A stretch of DNA of 64,000 nucleotides, from the NCBI GenBank assembly GCA_002269645.1, contig NIVC01000419.1:186001-250000 (forward strand), written 5' to 3'. How positions within the stretch are numbered: position 1 is the first letter of the stretch; every line of letters begins with the position of its first letter. Origin of the DNA: Macrostomum lignano (taxonomy: Eukaryota). This document shows, piece after piece, positions 12,131-24,868 of the stretch. The notes beneath the pieces were generated by a model. It ran no database searches and had not been told where the DNA came from. It saw nothing but the letters and a program-made list of their open reading frames with translations. Made by a program: the position numbers and the translations under genes.

Positions 12131-12355
12131 AGGGTTGTAGCCTATAGTGGCTAGAGCGTCAGACTCATGATGACTTGAAGGTCGGGGTTCGATTCCCGAT
12201 TCCACAGGAACAATTTGTGTCCTTGAGCAAGACACTTAACTCTGCATTGCTTCAGTTCACCCAGCTGTAAAATCCGCGCAATAGCTGCGGCTGAGCTGTC
12301 GGTTGCACATCTGCCCATTAGGGTAGGTGAAATCAATTATTACAGCATTATTACA
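12131..12355 (+). mobile_element. tRNA-derived SINE with CORE-like domain
   Basis: Box A-like TAGCCTATAGTGG, CAT anticodon-like loop, box B GGTTCGATTCCC. Followed by TGTGTCCTTGAGCAAGACACTTAAC...CCAGCTGTAAAAT (CORE-like) and an ATT-rich tail. No acceptor stem, so not a functional tRNA. Confidence 0.75.
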
Positions 12356-12673
12356 CACGAAAGCAATTGCTATTAGGTCAACTACAGAAAATGCATATCA
12401 TTTAAAAAATGTTTTGCATTTATTCTAAAAGGTTAGAAGTTTTTAATTTGCAAACAGACGAACTAGCACTACACTATAGTAGTTAAAATTTGTTGTTGAT
12501 CATTTTTGGGGCTCCAAACAGAACTGCATCAAAATGAGAGAAAAAACACAGACGGCTGCGGCGGCGATAAAACAGCTATCCGAGGTAGCCCTACCCTGGC
12601 AACCAACCCACCCAGCAGCAGCCCGTAAGACGCTTCTCACAGACAATCTAAAAGTGTGCATACAGAGTCTGTC

Positions 12674-12786
<113 letters not shown>

Positions 12787-13269
12787 CTGAGAGGAACAGG
12801 AAAATAGCAATAGAATGAAGCCATCTCTTCTCGCAGCATATTGTACAGCTGCATCTATTTAGTGCGCCATCATAGTGTGTATACGAGTAGACTTCTAAGT
12901 TTGATTCCAGCAGGGTCTCAGCTCTTCTGCGTTATCTGCGTTTCTAGCCTAACTTAAAAACCCCCTACTGCACGCGTGCAAGCATTATAGAGTGCGCCAG
13001 TTCTAATTTGCCAAAACAGTTTTTTTAACCAAATAGCTTGCGCTAGCCCGAGAGAGTGTGGACCGGGGGGGGGGCGGTTGCACTGCTCTGCTGCAATCTA
13101 TGCTTTGCACAATACACACTGCCCACTGTGGCTTAGCTGTTCCCGACTCAAGCCGACCTTAGCAGTTCAGATTTTAAATGCCAATTAAAAGACAAAAAAT
13201 ATCATAAATATATAAGATAGACAGGCCTAAATTTATAATAAATTAGGATTTTTTCATGACTGAAAATCA

Positions 13270-13755
13270 AGATTTTGTGGATTTTGAATTGGCGCCTAGA
13301 TTTTGTGGATTTTGAATTGGCGCCTCATGAGAACTAGATTTTGTGAATTTTGAAGTGGCGCCTATATTTTGTGGATTTTTAAGTGGCGTGTTTATTTTGT
13401 GAATTTTGAATTGGCGCCTAGATTTTGTAAACTTTGAAGTGGCGCCTAGATTTTGTAAACTTTGAAGTGGCGCCTAGATTTTGTAAACTTTGAATTGGCG
13501 CCTAGATTTTGTAAACTTTGAATTGGCGCCTAGATTTTGTAAACTTTGAAGTGGCGCCTAGATTTTGTAAACTTTGAATTGGCGCCTAGATTTTGTAAAC
13601 TTTGAAGTGGCGCCTAGATTTTGTAAACTTTGAATTGGCGCCTAGATTTTGTAAACTTTGAAGTGGCGCCTAGATTTTGTAAACTTTGAATTGGCGCCTA
13701 GATTTTGTAAACTTTGAAGTGGCGCCTAGATTTTGTGGATTTTGAATTGGCGCCA
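13270..13755. repeat. 28-bp minisatellite AGATTTTGTAAACTTTGAA(G/T)TGGCGCCT, ~17 copies
   Basis: GGCGCC at 13441, 13469 and onward. Confidence 0.95.
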
Positions 13756-14247
13756 AGAACTTCTGGATTTTAAATATGCAACAGATGCCAAAATGGTTAA
13801 CACGAATTACGCAAAATTCTAGTCAATAAGCCCATCTGCATGCATGTTATTGACGAGCTGAAAGCACTTCGCTACCATCCGATATGCTAAAACTGAGCAT
13901 AATACTGGAGACGGGGGGTATTCAATAGCTATCGCACTCCCAGTGCTGACGCAAATGGGATCTGAGGGGATCTGAGAACCCAAAAAATGCCTAACAATGC
14001 CCTATTGTTTGTAGCAAAGCTTCTTTATCATTTTCCGTCAAGCAGGTTTCAGAACAGGGCTTTTTTGTTCCAATTTTGCAATCTGATAGAAAAACAAATC
14101 GACAAAGATACGGCGCTGGGATTTAAATAGAAACTGAACAAAATCCTAAGGTGAATGAACGGAATGGAAGCCGAATTTTTTAGTTAGTCAAAAAATATAG
14201 GAAGCTGTAGAAACAGGAACAGGAAAGGATAGAAACATACGATTGAT

Positions 14248-14680
14248 GGGAAACAGATGAGAAACAGATGATAAACAGATGAGAAAAAGGTGATGATAGA
14301 CAGATGAGAAATGGAAGAGAACAGATGAGAAACAGATGATAAACAGATTAGAAACAGGTGATAAATAGATGATAGACAGATGAGAAATGGAAGAGAACAG
14401 ATTAGAAACAGGTGATAAATAGATGATAGACAGATGAGAAATGGAAGAGAACAGATGAGAAACAGATGATAAACAGATGATAAACAGATTAGAAACAGGT
14501 GATAAATAGATGATAGACAGATGAGAAATGGAAGAGAACAGATGATAAACAGATGAGAAACAGATGAGAAACAGATGATAAACAGATGAGAAACAGATGA
14601 TAAACAGATGAGAAACAGGTGATAAATAGATGATAGACAGACGAGAAATGGAAGAAAACAGATGAGAAACAGATAAGAAA
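14248..14680. repeat. Compound 11-bp repeat AAACAGATGA(G/T) with larger cassettes
   Basis: CAGATGA at 14539, 14550, 14561, 14572. Confidence 0.9.
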
Positions 14681-15368
14681 AAATGGAAGAGAAACATAGA
14701 GAAGCAAAATGTGCTGAGAAGCAAAAAACAGAGAAGAATTAAAAGCAGAGTATCACACACACACACACACACACTGGGACTTATTCAGTACTCTACTCAC
14801 TTCCCAAAGCAATTCCGACTTGGTTTTCTCTTCCCCATTCGGCTACTCCAGAGTCTCTCAGAAGCCAGAGCAGCTCATTTTAACAGGTTCTCGCTTTACA
14901 TTCAGCTAAAAGTACATCTCTAATCTATAAGCCCGGGCTACCGCGTGTCAGTGACACTCGCTGTGCATGCGTGGAATTTTTCACTCTCCCATACTGCGTA
15001 GTTCTTCTCCTTTGAGAGTTTTAAAGCCACGAGAGAAGCAGCCATCATCATGGCTCTTCAGTGAGTATATTGAGCAAATATATAAATTCTATAAGTATGC
15101 ATACAGTTTTGCTCAGTGCCTTAGTTATCGCCGAGATTCAAGGTCCACAGTTTGAACGCTATGCACATTTGATTAGCACAGTAAACTCTCTTTACCTATC
15201 ATACAAATGCTCAGGACGGAGCTTTGGAGAGCTTTAGAAATCAGCAAGTTCACAATTGACGTCAAAAAGTGCCAAATTAAACAATTTCGTAAATAAAATG
15301 GGATTTTTAACTTAGAAAGACAAGGCGTAGTATGAGATAGAAGTTTAGGGATATAAAGAAACGTTATG

Positions 15369-15710
15369 GCGTGAGGTGGGGGTTTTGGGGTTAGAAAGGA
15401 GAGGCGCGGCGTGAGGTGGGGGTTTTAGGGATTAGAAAGAAGGGTCGCGGCGAGAGGTGGGGGTTTTGGGGTTAGAAAGGAGGGGCACGGCGTGAGGTGG
15501 GGGTTTTGGGGTTAGAAAGGAGAGGCGCGGCGTGAGGTGGGGGTTTTGAGGTTAGAAAGGAGAGGCGCGGCGTGAGGTGGGGGTTTTGGGGTTAGAAAGG
15601 AGGGCACGGCGTGAGGTGGGGGTTTTGGGGTAAGAAAGGAGGGACGCGGCATGAGGTGGGGGTTTTGGGGTTAGAAAGGAGGGGCACGGCGTGAGGTGTT
15701 TAAGAGTTAG
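15369..15710. repeat. 40-bp G-rich minisatellite, ~8 copies
   Basis: CGTGAGG at 15491, 15531 and onward. Confidence 0.9.
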
Positions 15711-15771
15711 AAAGAAGACGCATTAAAAACTGGTAAGTTCAGCAACTTAAATATTGAAAAATGCTACTCAC

Positions 15772-15878
15772 TCGGCCAACCTCCTGACTAGGCGCTGGGG
15801 CGGGCTCGCTTGCAGCGGGCTCCCAGGGCAGTTTGCCTTTTGCTAGCCGGCCGGCGCTTGACTTCCGTCTTTCCGAAG
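15772..15878 (-). CDS. TOGARAM1: TOGARAM1 exon 4
   Basis: CCAG| and |GTGAGT boundaries. Encodes SERRKSSAGRLAKGKLPWE, resembling the SAG..KLPWE motif after TOG2. Confidence 0.8.
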
Positions 15879-16216
15879 CTGGAATTCAAAGCGAAGACGT
15901 ATTTTCTATGTTAAAGTACACGGAGGGTTGTGCAGCTTTCAACTCTGAAGCAAGCAATGCCAAAAACACAATGACGAAATCGCTATAGCTAGATAGTTCA
16001 TCTGATAAGCACCAACCCATGCTAAGTTACTTTTAATCGCATGGCCCTATCAGTTAAGGTAGAGCTTGAGTTCCAGATAGAAGCGAATGTAATAGCCACA
16101 CATTCGATATTGGCGCAGACAACTAAAATAGGAATTGCTATTCAAGTCTATTTATATCTATTAGATCTGCTTTTTTAAATTGTCGAACTATTTTATGTAC
16201 CTAAAAAATCTAAATT

Positions 16217-16665
16217 ACCGTCACATCACACTCAATTTCCGTCACATCACACTCTCAAGTTCCGTCACATCACACTCTCAATTTCCGTCACATCACACTC
16301 TCAATTTCCGTCACGTCACACTCTCAATTTCCGTCACGTCACACTCTCTATTTCCGTCACGTCACACTCTCTATTTCCGTCACATCACACTCTCATTTCC
16401 GTCACATCACACTCTCAATTTCCGTCACATCACACTCTCAATTTCCGTCACATCACACTCTCAATTTCCGTCACATCACACTCTCAATTTCCGTCACATC
16501 ACACTCTCAATTTCCGTCGCATCACACTCTCAATTTCCGTCGCATCACACTCTCAATTTCCGTCACATCACACTCTCAATTTCCGTCACATCACATCTCA
16601 ATTTCCGTCACATTACACTCTCAATTTCCGTCGCATCACACTCTCAATTTCCGTCGCATCACACA
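16217..16665. repeat. 23-bp minisatellite TCCGTCACATCACACTCTCAATT, ~19 copies
   Basis: Period 23. Ends about 30 bp from the exon-3 donor. Confidence 0.95.
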
Positions 16666-16693
16666 CTCTGTTTTCATCGACGCTGTCGCTCAC

Positions 16694-17800
16694 CCAAGGA
16701 GTCGGTCTCCAAGTCGACCAGTCAGAGCGCGACTTCGCTGACCCGTAGCCGCCGGCAGACGCCTGCATCACCCAGTCCTCATTTGCTCCGCCGCTACCCG
16801 CCGCCGCTCCGCCAGCTTGAGGCCTTCGAGTGGCCGACGACGGCACCGGGATGGCGTATTCGACCAGGCCTTCGGCGCTTAGCCGAGGCAGCTGTCGTTT
16901 TGCCAGCCGACTCATCACGGCTTCGAAGAGTCCAGTGGCATCCGGTCGAGTTTCCTGCTCGCGAACCGCAAGCTGCAATGGCTGCAGACGGCCGCTGCCC
17001 AGGCCCTGCGCCAGCAACGCCATCACTTCCAGGGCAGCGTGACGCACCTGGCGCTTCGGATCGAGCAGAGCCGGGGCGATGCAGTTGCACAAGCGAGGCA
17101 GATCAAAGTCAGAACTGGGGAATGTTACTAACGCCGAGATTGTCATGTTCAACGTCTCCTGCCGGACGCGACTGTTCCTATGCTCGAGATTGTTCAGCAA
17201 CAGGTCTAGCACAATCTGCGGCCTGTGATTGTGCATCAGCAGTATGGCCAGCTTCATTAGGGCCGTTCGAACAACATTTTTACCGTCGGACATTCGTTTA
17301 GTGATACCGGCTAAGAGGCTGCGCAGGTGAGGCTGCAGCCGACTGCCCAGGCGATTGGCCAACAGGTAGAGGATGTCCAGCGTCACGATGGCGATGCGAA
17401 AGTTCACGTCGTCCAGCAGACTGTGCAGGAAGGCCAAGAACTTCTCCAGATGCGGCACGGCAGCTTCCAGCGTGTCCAACTGACGCAGATGAGTTCGCAG
17501 ATCTTCAATAGCTTGAGCACGCAGGCTGATCTCTTCCCGATCGTCGAGTTGATCGACCAAGTTGCGAGGAACGCAACCAAATGCATCGTTGGAAGCCGTG
17601 GATTGCTTTGCTGGCTGGTAATATTGCTGTTGCTGTTGTTGCTGCTGCTGCTGCTGAGTTGGATAGTATTGCTGGGTGACTGTCGAGTCAGATATTCCAG
17701 GAATTGGTCTTCTCTGCATGTTGGGACTTCGGGAAAGCGCGGCCGCGTCCACGGCAGCCGTTGCCATGGAAATTAATGACGGGTCCACGTGACCGGAGAC
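16694..17800 (-). CDS. TOGARAM1: TOGARAM1 exon 3 (TOG2 domain)
   Basis: Motifs LLDDVNFRI, LEHRNSRVRQE, FPSSDFDLPRL, LLDPKRQVRHAALE and RLAKRQLPRLSAEGLVEYA match my recollection of the human TOGARAM1 TOG2. Donor TGG|GTGAGC. The end phase conflicts with the next exon (see findings). Confidence 0.9.
17760..17773. promoter_or_regulatory. Near-consensus X-box inside exon 3
   Basis: GTTGCCATGGAAAT matches GTTGCCATGGCAAC at 12/14. Confidence 0.35.
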
Positions 17801-18035
17801 CTTGTAGAAATAGTTCAAAATTGGGGCAGTAAGATGACTGTGTTTTCTGTATGTTTTCAGCTATGCCTGAATGTAAGGTCTATCAGAGCATCGCTTTAAA
17901 TACAACTCTCCAACCCACGCACTAAGTCGCTGCAGGTATACAGTTTGCGCGCACACTTGCTTTTATAATCTTTTGGTTCAGTAATTTCTGCTGTTATTTT
18001 TTATCGCGTCTCAACTTTTCTCTCCTTTCACTCAC

Positions 18036-18056
18036 CGTCTCCCCAGGCATTGCTGC
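18036..18056 (-). CDS. Candidate 21-nt microexon (AAMPGET) or alternative first exon (MPGET) of TOGARAM1
   Basis: Pyrimidine tract plus AAG acceptor, then a strong donor ACG|GTGAGT. Phase 0-0 fits between exons 2 and 3. No transcript evidence. Confidence 0.4.
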
Positions 18057-18330
18057 CTTCGCACAGGTAAGAGAGGGGAGGGAAAGTCCCCCCCCCCTAG
18101 CTACAGCTTGCTAAAGTGTCACTCCGTTTACGAGACCTTCAGTTTGTTTAACAAACGCCGGCGTTCGGCACAGACAAACATGATGAGGCAAAGAGAAATT
18201 TTCTGCTTTCACTAACGAAATTTCGATGAATTACTCGTAGTTGCTAGACAAAGAGCACTCGAGAGTATGAGTGCATGAGTATGAATGCGCTAGGCTGAAC
18301 TGGTATGCTAAAACTAAACCCTAAACCCTA

Positions 18331-18978
18331 AAACTAAACCAATCCGCCCCTAAAACTAAACCAATCCGCCCCTGAAATTAAACCAATCCGCCCCTAAAAC
18401 TAAACCAATCCGCCCCTGAAACTAAACCAATCCGCCCCTAAAACTAAACCAATCCGCCCCTGAAACTAAACCAATCCGCCCCTAAAACTAAACCAATCCG
18501 CCCCTGAAACTAAACCAATCCGCCCCTACAACTAAACCAATCCGCCCCTAAAACTAAACCAATCCGCCCCTGAAACTAAACCAATCCGCCCCTAAAACTA
18601 AACCAATCCGCCCCTGAAACTAAACCAATCCGCCCCTAAAACTAAACCAATCCGCCCCTGAAACTAAACCAATCCGCTCCTAAAACTAAACCAATCCGCC
18701 CCTACAACTAAACCAATCCGCTCCTAAAACTAAACCAATCCGCCCCTACAACTAAACCAATCCGCCCCTACAACTAAACCAATCCGCCCCTACAACTAAA
18801 CCAATCCGCTCCTAAAACTAAACCAATCCGCCCCTAAAACTAAACCAATCCGCCCCTAAAACTAAACCAATCCGCCCCTACAACTAAACCAATCCGCCCC
18901 TACAACTAAACCAATCCGCCCCTACAACTAAACCAATCCGCTCCTAAAACTAAACCAATCCGCCCCTGAAACTAAACC
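18331..18978. repeat. 22-bp minisatellite AACTAAACCAATCCGCCCCT(A/G)A, ~29 copies
   Basis: Period 22. Confidence 0.95.
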
Positions 18979-19090
18979 GGCTTATTCTTTCTTGAAACAA
19001 AACCTAACCTAAAATAAACCAATCCATTCCTAAATCAGCTCAACTACCAATCCACGGTCCCTAGTCTAAACCAAAGCAGCAAAAATTCAC

Positions 19091-19433
19091 CTGGAAATAG
19101 TATCTCCGCAGCGGCGGGTTCAGCTGCTGCAGGTAGCCATTAAATAGCTGGTCCCCCAGAGTCGATCGAATCGCCTCCAAAGCGTGCAGCGCCGCATTGG
19201 CCATGGCCTCGTCCTTGCTGGTGAGGCATTTTGCCAGCGCCGCAACCAGTTGGGAGAAATTTCCCCCGGCTAAATCCGGGGTAAGCAGCACCGGCACAGA
19301 GACGCAGACGTTTCGTTGAATCTCCGGATCGGCCGCGTCCAAACCGTAGCGAATAATGGCGCCAAGGACTGGCTCAGTGTTGGCGCTGCCCATTGTTTTC
19401 ATATAGGTGTGCAGGCACTGCGTTGTGGCCCGT
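19091..19433 (-). CDS. TOGARAM1: TOGARAM1 exon 2 (TOG1)
   Basis: Acceptor CTGCAG|, phase 2, giving VANR/RATTQCLHTYMK. Donor CAG|GTGAAT, phase 0. Confidence 0.85.
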
Positions 19434-19512
19434 CTGCAGTGCGGCAGTGGGTCAGGCATGGACTGTATAGCTGGCAATTTGATGCAGGGCTGTAGGTCTT
19501 CTTTGGGGGGGG

Positions 19513-19953
19513 GCGCCAGCACCAGAGGCGCCAGCACCAGAGGCGCCAGCACCAGAGGCTCCAGCACCAGAGGCGCCAGCACCAGAGGCGCCAGCACCAG
19601 AGGCGCCAGCACCAGAGGCGCCAGCACCAGAGGCGCCAGCATCAGAAGCGCCAGCACCAGAGGCGCCAGCACCAGAGGCGCCAGCACCAGAGGCGCCAGC
19701 ACCAGAGGCGCCAGCACCAGAGGCGCCAGCACCAGAGGCGCCAGCACCAGAGGCGCCAGCACCAGAGGCGCCAGCACCAGAGGCGCCAGCACCAGAGGCG
19801 CCAGCACCAGAGGCGCCAGCACCAGAGGCGCCAGCACCAGAGGCGCCAGCACCAGAGGCGCCAGCACCAGAAGCGCCAGCACAAGAGGCGCCAGCACCAG
19901 AGGCGTCAGCAACAGGGGCGCCAGCAGCAGAGGCGCCAGCAACAGGGGCGCCA
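19513..19953. repeat. 15-bp minisatellite GCGCCAGCACCAGAG, ~29 copies
   Basis: Period 15, in intron 1. Confidence 0.95.
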
Positions 19954-20110
19954 TTGCATTTGAAGGGAAGGTGCGCTACAAAGCTAACTGTGAAAGGGGC
20001 GTCACACAGCTACCAGGTACTGTAAAAAAGGCGCCAAAGCTTGAGCACTTGAGCACTGAGAGTGCATGAAAGTTACATAAATACAGCTAAATACGCAACC
20101 CTGTACTCAC

Positions 20111-20523
20111 CTGTTGGCCACTTTGATATCAGCAAGGCAGGCCACGAGCCCCGGCAGAACCTCGGCCATGCCTTCGCTTAACTGCTGGCCAAACCTGGGC
20201 GTCACCTCAACCAGCAGGTTAATCGCCTTGTTGCGAACCTCCCAGTCCGGGTCGCGCAGCGCCAGGCTGACCGGCTGGAACAGGCCAAGGGGACTCCGCA
20301 GCGACAGTCGGCCGCTGCCCCGCCTTGCCGCTCGGATCAGCGCGTCCAGAGCCTCCTTGCGCAGGCCGGCGTCTTCGGTCACGTGACGGAGGAGCCGCTC
20401 AGTTTCCTCCTGACTGCCCGTTCCGAGGCTGGCCAGGGTGGCCGAGCCGACAGAAGCAGACGATGAAGACGAGGCGGACATTGCTGAGTAGGCCGGCGAA
20501 TTGAAAGCGACTTGACTAGCCAT
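20111..20523 (-). CDS. TOGARAM1: TOGARAM1 exon 1 (start codon; TOG1 HEAT repeats)
   Basis: ATG at 20523. HEAT-like LRDPDWEVRNKAINLLVEV. Donor AG|GTGAGT at 20111, phase 2. Confidence 0.85.
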
Positions 20524-20558
20524 GCCGAGCTATGGGAAATCTGACTTCGCTGCTGTTA

Positions 20559-20572
20559 GTTACCATGACGAT
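20559..20572. promoter_or_regulatory. Candidate RFX X-box upstream of TOGARAM1
   Basis: GTTACCATGACGAT: one good half-site (GTTACCATG), 36-49 bp upstream of the ATG of a ciliary gene. Confidence 0.35.
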
Positions 20573-23500
20573 GACATTGTATTATACTGGTTTTTCCGTG
20601 TCCCAAATTAGCTGCGATTTCTGCTCAAGATTAGTGTCGATTCTATTAGTAGGAAAAATTTAGTTTACTGATTTGAACAATTTTTTCATAAATTATTTGT
20701 TTTAGTAAAATAGTTTTTGATAAAAATGCTTTGTACCAATGTACATTTTATTTAAACGACATAAGCTTCACTTGGAAATATTTTAAATAAATCTAAGCAG
20801 ACGAAACTGAATTTTAAAAGGTGAAACATCTGTAATATATATTATAGTATTTGTATATAATAATACATTATATGGGGTTTCATTTATGGTTTAAAAAAGG
20901 AAGAATAATGCCTAGGATGACTTATTTTAATTAAATGCAACAAGCTACTACAAAATCTAAAGCAAGTAGTTTCAGGGTCTAAGTACTTTAATTTCTGTTA
21001 AATTGGCAACCTAGTAACATGATAATGATAAAAAGAAAGTTTTTAATAATAAAGCTATAATAAGCAGAAATATTTCTAGAATTGACTAGCATTCTAGCAA
21101 TTGGGTTGATTCTATTACCAATTCTAAAAAAAAATTTTTTTAACATATTTACCACTAAGACAACATAATATTCAACACACTGCAGCTACTTATTTGTTAT
21201 TAATTTATATAGTTTTACATGTTTATGTACTATATTTTAAATTAGAAATAGAATTTATTATTTAAAATGTGCATTTTCTATGTTTTCCTAAGTCTGGCAT
21301 AAGCTTATCCTCTCAGACTTCTTAAAATCTGAGCCTAATGCAAGGGAAAAGTAAAGTAAATATTTCTTTTACAATATGCCAGTAATTCTGTCCAAAATGT
21401 ATACAAAGTTGGCGATAATGCAAAAACCTAAAATATTCGATTAACAAACATGTCGCAACTATCGACAACGAAAAGATACACCAGGTGTCGAAGCTGTTCA
21501 ATGAATATTTTAGAAAAATACTAATTTTTAAGGAAACTGAACCAGACACACCATACAGTTTATTAATTTGTATTTTATTGTTTTAGTAATTTAAAAAAAA
21601 TAAAGAATATTTCTTTAAAGTCATAAAGCTTAGCATGTATATTTCTGTAAAGCTTTAGCTTTAAATATTATATATTTTGTTATAACACGACACTTACGGT
21701 TTATTTAGTGCTATTTAAATATGGTACTTGACTAATTGTCTTTCAAATTTGCTGTTTTCAGAGACGAAAATCTTGAATACGGTACATATTTGTTCAAAGA
21801 CATTTATGAAAAAAATGTTTCCGCAATCTCTCGTTTCCGCAAAATACGAGTGTATAATAAGCTTTAAATGCACAAACATAATTTGAACACGCACTGGCTA
21901 TTACGCGCACTCGTGTTTTGGCCATTATATTAAACTCCGAAACATACTATACAATCTACTTTGCATTTTGCTTACTTGTTTTCATGAGCTGAACAGTTCG
22001 AGGCAGAAACCCATCGTTTAATATAGCTCTAATAATTAGCTGTAGATGCAAGCTCGATCAGGCAAATTTTGATCAGATATATTTTGTTTTCTTTCCTTGA
22101 TTCGCGATCCGAGCTCAGATGAGCAGATACTGTCAGCTGAAGGTGAGCGCGACAGTGAACCGAAGACCAAACAGTAACTCAGTCGATCGATCAATATTAC
22201 TCAAGAATCCAAACACAAGGCATGCACGTGCACTTTGTGCTGACGTACTGAGGCTTACATGACTGAGGCTTACATAAGGATCGAATTCATCAGCTTACAT
22301 GTACATGTATAGGCCGGTCTCAAGCGCTATTTTAGATTTTCATTCACATTTATGACCAGAAGATTTCATGTAAAAATTGATAATGTACTACAATCCCTAG
22401 CTGGACCCTCTGATCGCCTTAACGTCCTGTACGTCTGTACATCTGTACTGTACGTCTGTACTGTACGTCCTCGCATGGTCAAAATGCATGATCAAGAAGC
22501 TGTTGACAGGTTGACACGGGGCCGCGGTTGGATTAACAACATCTCCGTACTAGCTGATTTCCACCTTGGGGCCATCTGACGGGTCTGGAAAGCCGGAGTA
22601 TTAAGCGGATAAATGATTTCTTTGCTATGAGACCCGACAAGCCTCTTTGGTATTATGGCTTATGAAGGCCGAATTCATCACACTCTGTAAAATAGCGTCT
22701 TTGAAGGATCACCAAATTTAACTTTGTCCAAGGTTCCTTTGATGTCAAAAGAGAAGCCCAAAAGCGATCTTACTTGCTTCGTGATTTTCTCAATATCAGA
22801 TGTTTTTTTATTTACACCAGCCTAAATCCTCAGAATTGATCCTCTCAACATTCGGCCGACTCGTGTAAATACATGTAACTTCTGTATGCGAACGCTGGAT
22901 TGAGAATGCATTGTATTGATAGAAGCGTCGCCATCACAAGCTCGAAATTTCACATCATCGCAGAACGTCGAAACTTCAATAGAGCTTCGAGGTTATGAAG
23001 GAGACCAATTAAGACCTTTAATTCGACGATTTGATGTTTCGAGCTTGAGGAAGTTTCGAACGTTTCGACCTAATAAAGTTTCCATCTTGTAAAACATTCT
23101 CTTTCGACGATGTGAATTTCGTGATTGTCAAACGCCCCCTACAAATCTAGTCATTACATGCTAGTTCGAATAGAAGATGGCGCGTTAAATGTTAATAATT
23201 TTCAATGAAAGGGGCCCCTTAAATTATGCACTACTGCCTGATAATTAACTATCTACTAGTGTACGACTGGCAACGCCTTTTTGAATCAACCATTGTTATT
23301 AATGCACCAAGAAGCGCATTAGTCCAGGCCCTCCACAATTATCAATCACTAATGCAATACGACAGCGCTCAGTCCATCCCGAACGCCATGCAGCTGTTGT
23401 ATAATTATTTAATTCGACGTTACACGTAAGGTTTCGATTTAAAAGGCGCTGATTTTTTCTCAGAGTATTATTACGGCGATATTTAAATTAAATTTAATTT

Positions 23501-24868
23501 AAAAGTTTGATGAATGCGGGTGAACAATCACAACAATTTAATCCCTAATAAAAGGACGTCATGACGCGTGTGACACGTGAACACAGAGAGGGCTTGCTCT
23601 ATCCGACTGACGTCACCTCATTGAAGAAGTGGGGTGGGCATCGATGGCTTCGTGGGCTGCAAGTGGAGATGGCGGAACGCGCGTAGCGGCCGGAAGCGAT
23701 CGTGTGCTTGTGCGCTTTCGTGAGCGCCACCCGGTATAGTTCATTGGTGTTCTATATCAAAGAGAACAATATAGTTTAACAAATCAGTGAAGAAAGATCT
23801 AGATGAAACCTTCAAATAACTCTCCAGTAAACGCTAACTTTACCTTTTACGCTCGTAGAAATGCCTAGACAATTTAGAAAACTGTCGAAATGTCGCGGTA
23901 CATGTACATAAACAGGCGTTCAACAGACATGAACAAATTAAATCAATTTACTCTCCATTCATTTTCGAATCAGTTTAATGCGACTGAAAATAAATGAGTT
24001 TCGATATATTTCTATGGCTTGCAAGGAGCTTGCAGGGAAGGGATCAGCTCGCTGGAGCACCCAAAATGATTTTGTCTATGGCACAACCAGGCTTAGCCAC
24101 AGATTCTATAAACTCCTAGATAGGCCACTAGCCGCCTGGCCGCAGCGCGAAAACCCCGGGATTAAGACCATAGACTGTAGTTTCAGCTGCTCTTAAGCTT
24201 TAGCAGCAACAGCTAGTGTCTGTGGCCCAAACCCCTCAGGGTTTTCTGGGCCTTCGACTCTCGGAGACGGCCGCTAAATGCATTTCTTTTAAAAGCTAAA
24301 AGCTAGCAGTCCTTCATAAAACAGTGTTCGTTAGGCTTTCGCTTCGAGACTCTGTGTGTGCTTTTACACCGATTACCAATCAGCCTACTCCGACAGTGTA
24401 GAGGGCTTTAACTTGGAGCGTTCTCTCTTCTCTCTTCACCGTTCTCTCTCTCGCTGTCTGATTTCAAGTACGAGTACTCGAGCAACTATAGTCAAAAATC
24501 ACAAAGATTCGAAGGCTTCATAAAATATATTGCTAGTTTCCGCGCATTAAAAAGGTTTCGCTTTAATTGCAAGCTGTTGCGTCAGCCTGCCCTGATGCTA
24601 ATAGCTATGGCTATAATTAAACAGCCTGCGTTATCGGTATTGCAGCGAACTATAGCTGATTCTTAAAGGAGAATCACCCTCTTTACGCTTGACTGAGACT
24701 AACTATGTCAGTTGAAAGGCTTCGCAAAAAGCGTGAACTGCTATTCAAAGTTCAATATTGACTGCTTAACTACAGGAATGAATGCTCATTCGATTTACTC
24801 AAACACATTTCACTCATGCAGTGTACAGGTGCCAGTGTGCAGATGTGCAGGTATATCTGACGAAGAGA

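Noticed and set aside
12131-12210. tRNA-Met gene
   Set aside because: No paired acceptor stem, and it is followed by a CORE-like block, so it is treated as a SINE head.
18319-18332. (CCCTAAA)2 telomere-like repeat
   Set aside because: Only two copies, at the degenerate edge of the 22-bp array.
19407-20069. (ASTRG)n, (LAPLV)n and (CWRLW)n ORFs, including an intronic ATG at 19954 in frame with exon 2
   Set aside because: A 15-bp repeat is open in several frames by construction. Exon 2 has a good acceptor whose phase matches exon 1.
22915-23135. Scattered 10-11-bp inverted repeats (CAAGCTCGAAA/TTTCGAGCTTG, TCGAAACTTC/GAAGTTTCGA), MITE-like
   Set aside because: The arms are not nested into one consistent hairpin, and there are no defined termini or target duplication.
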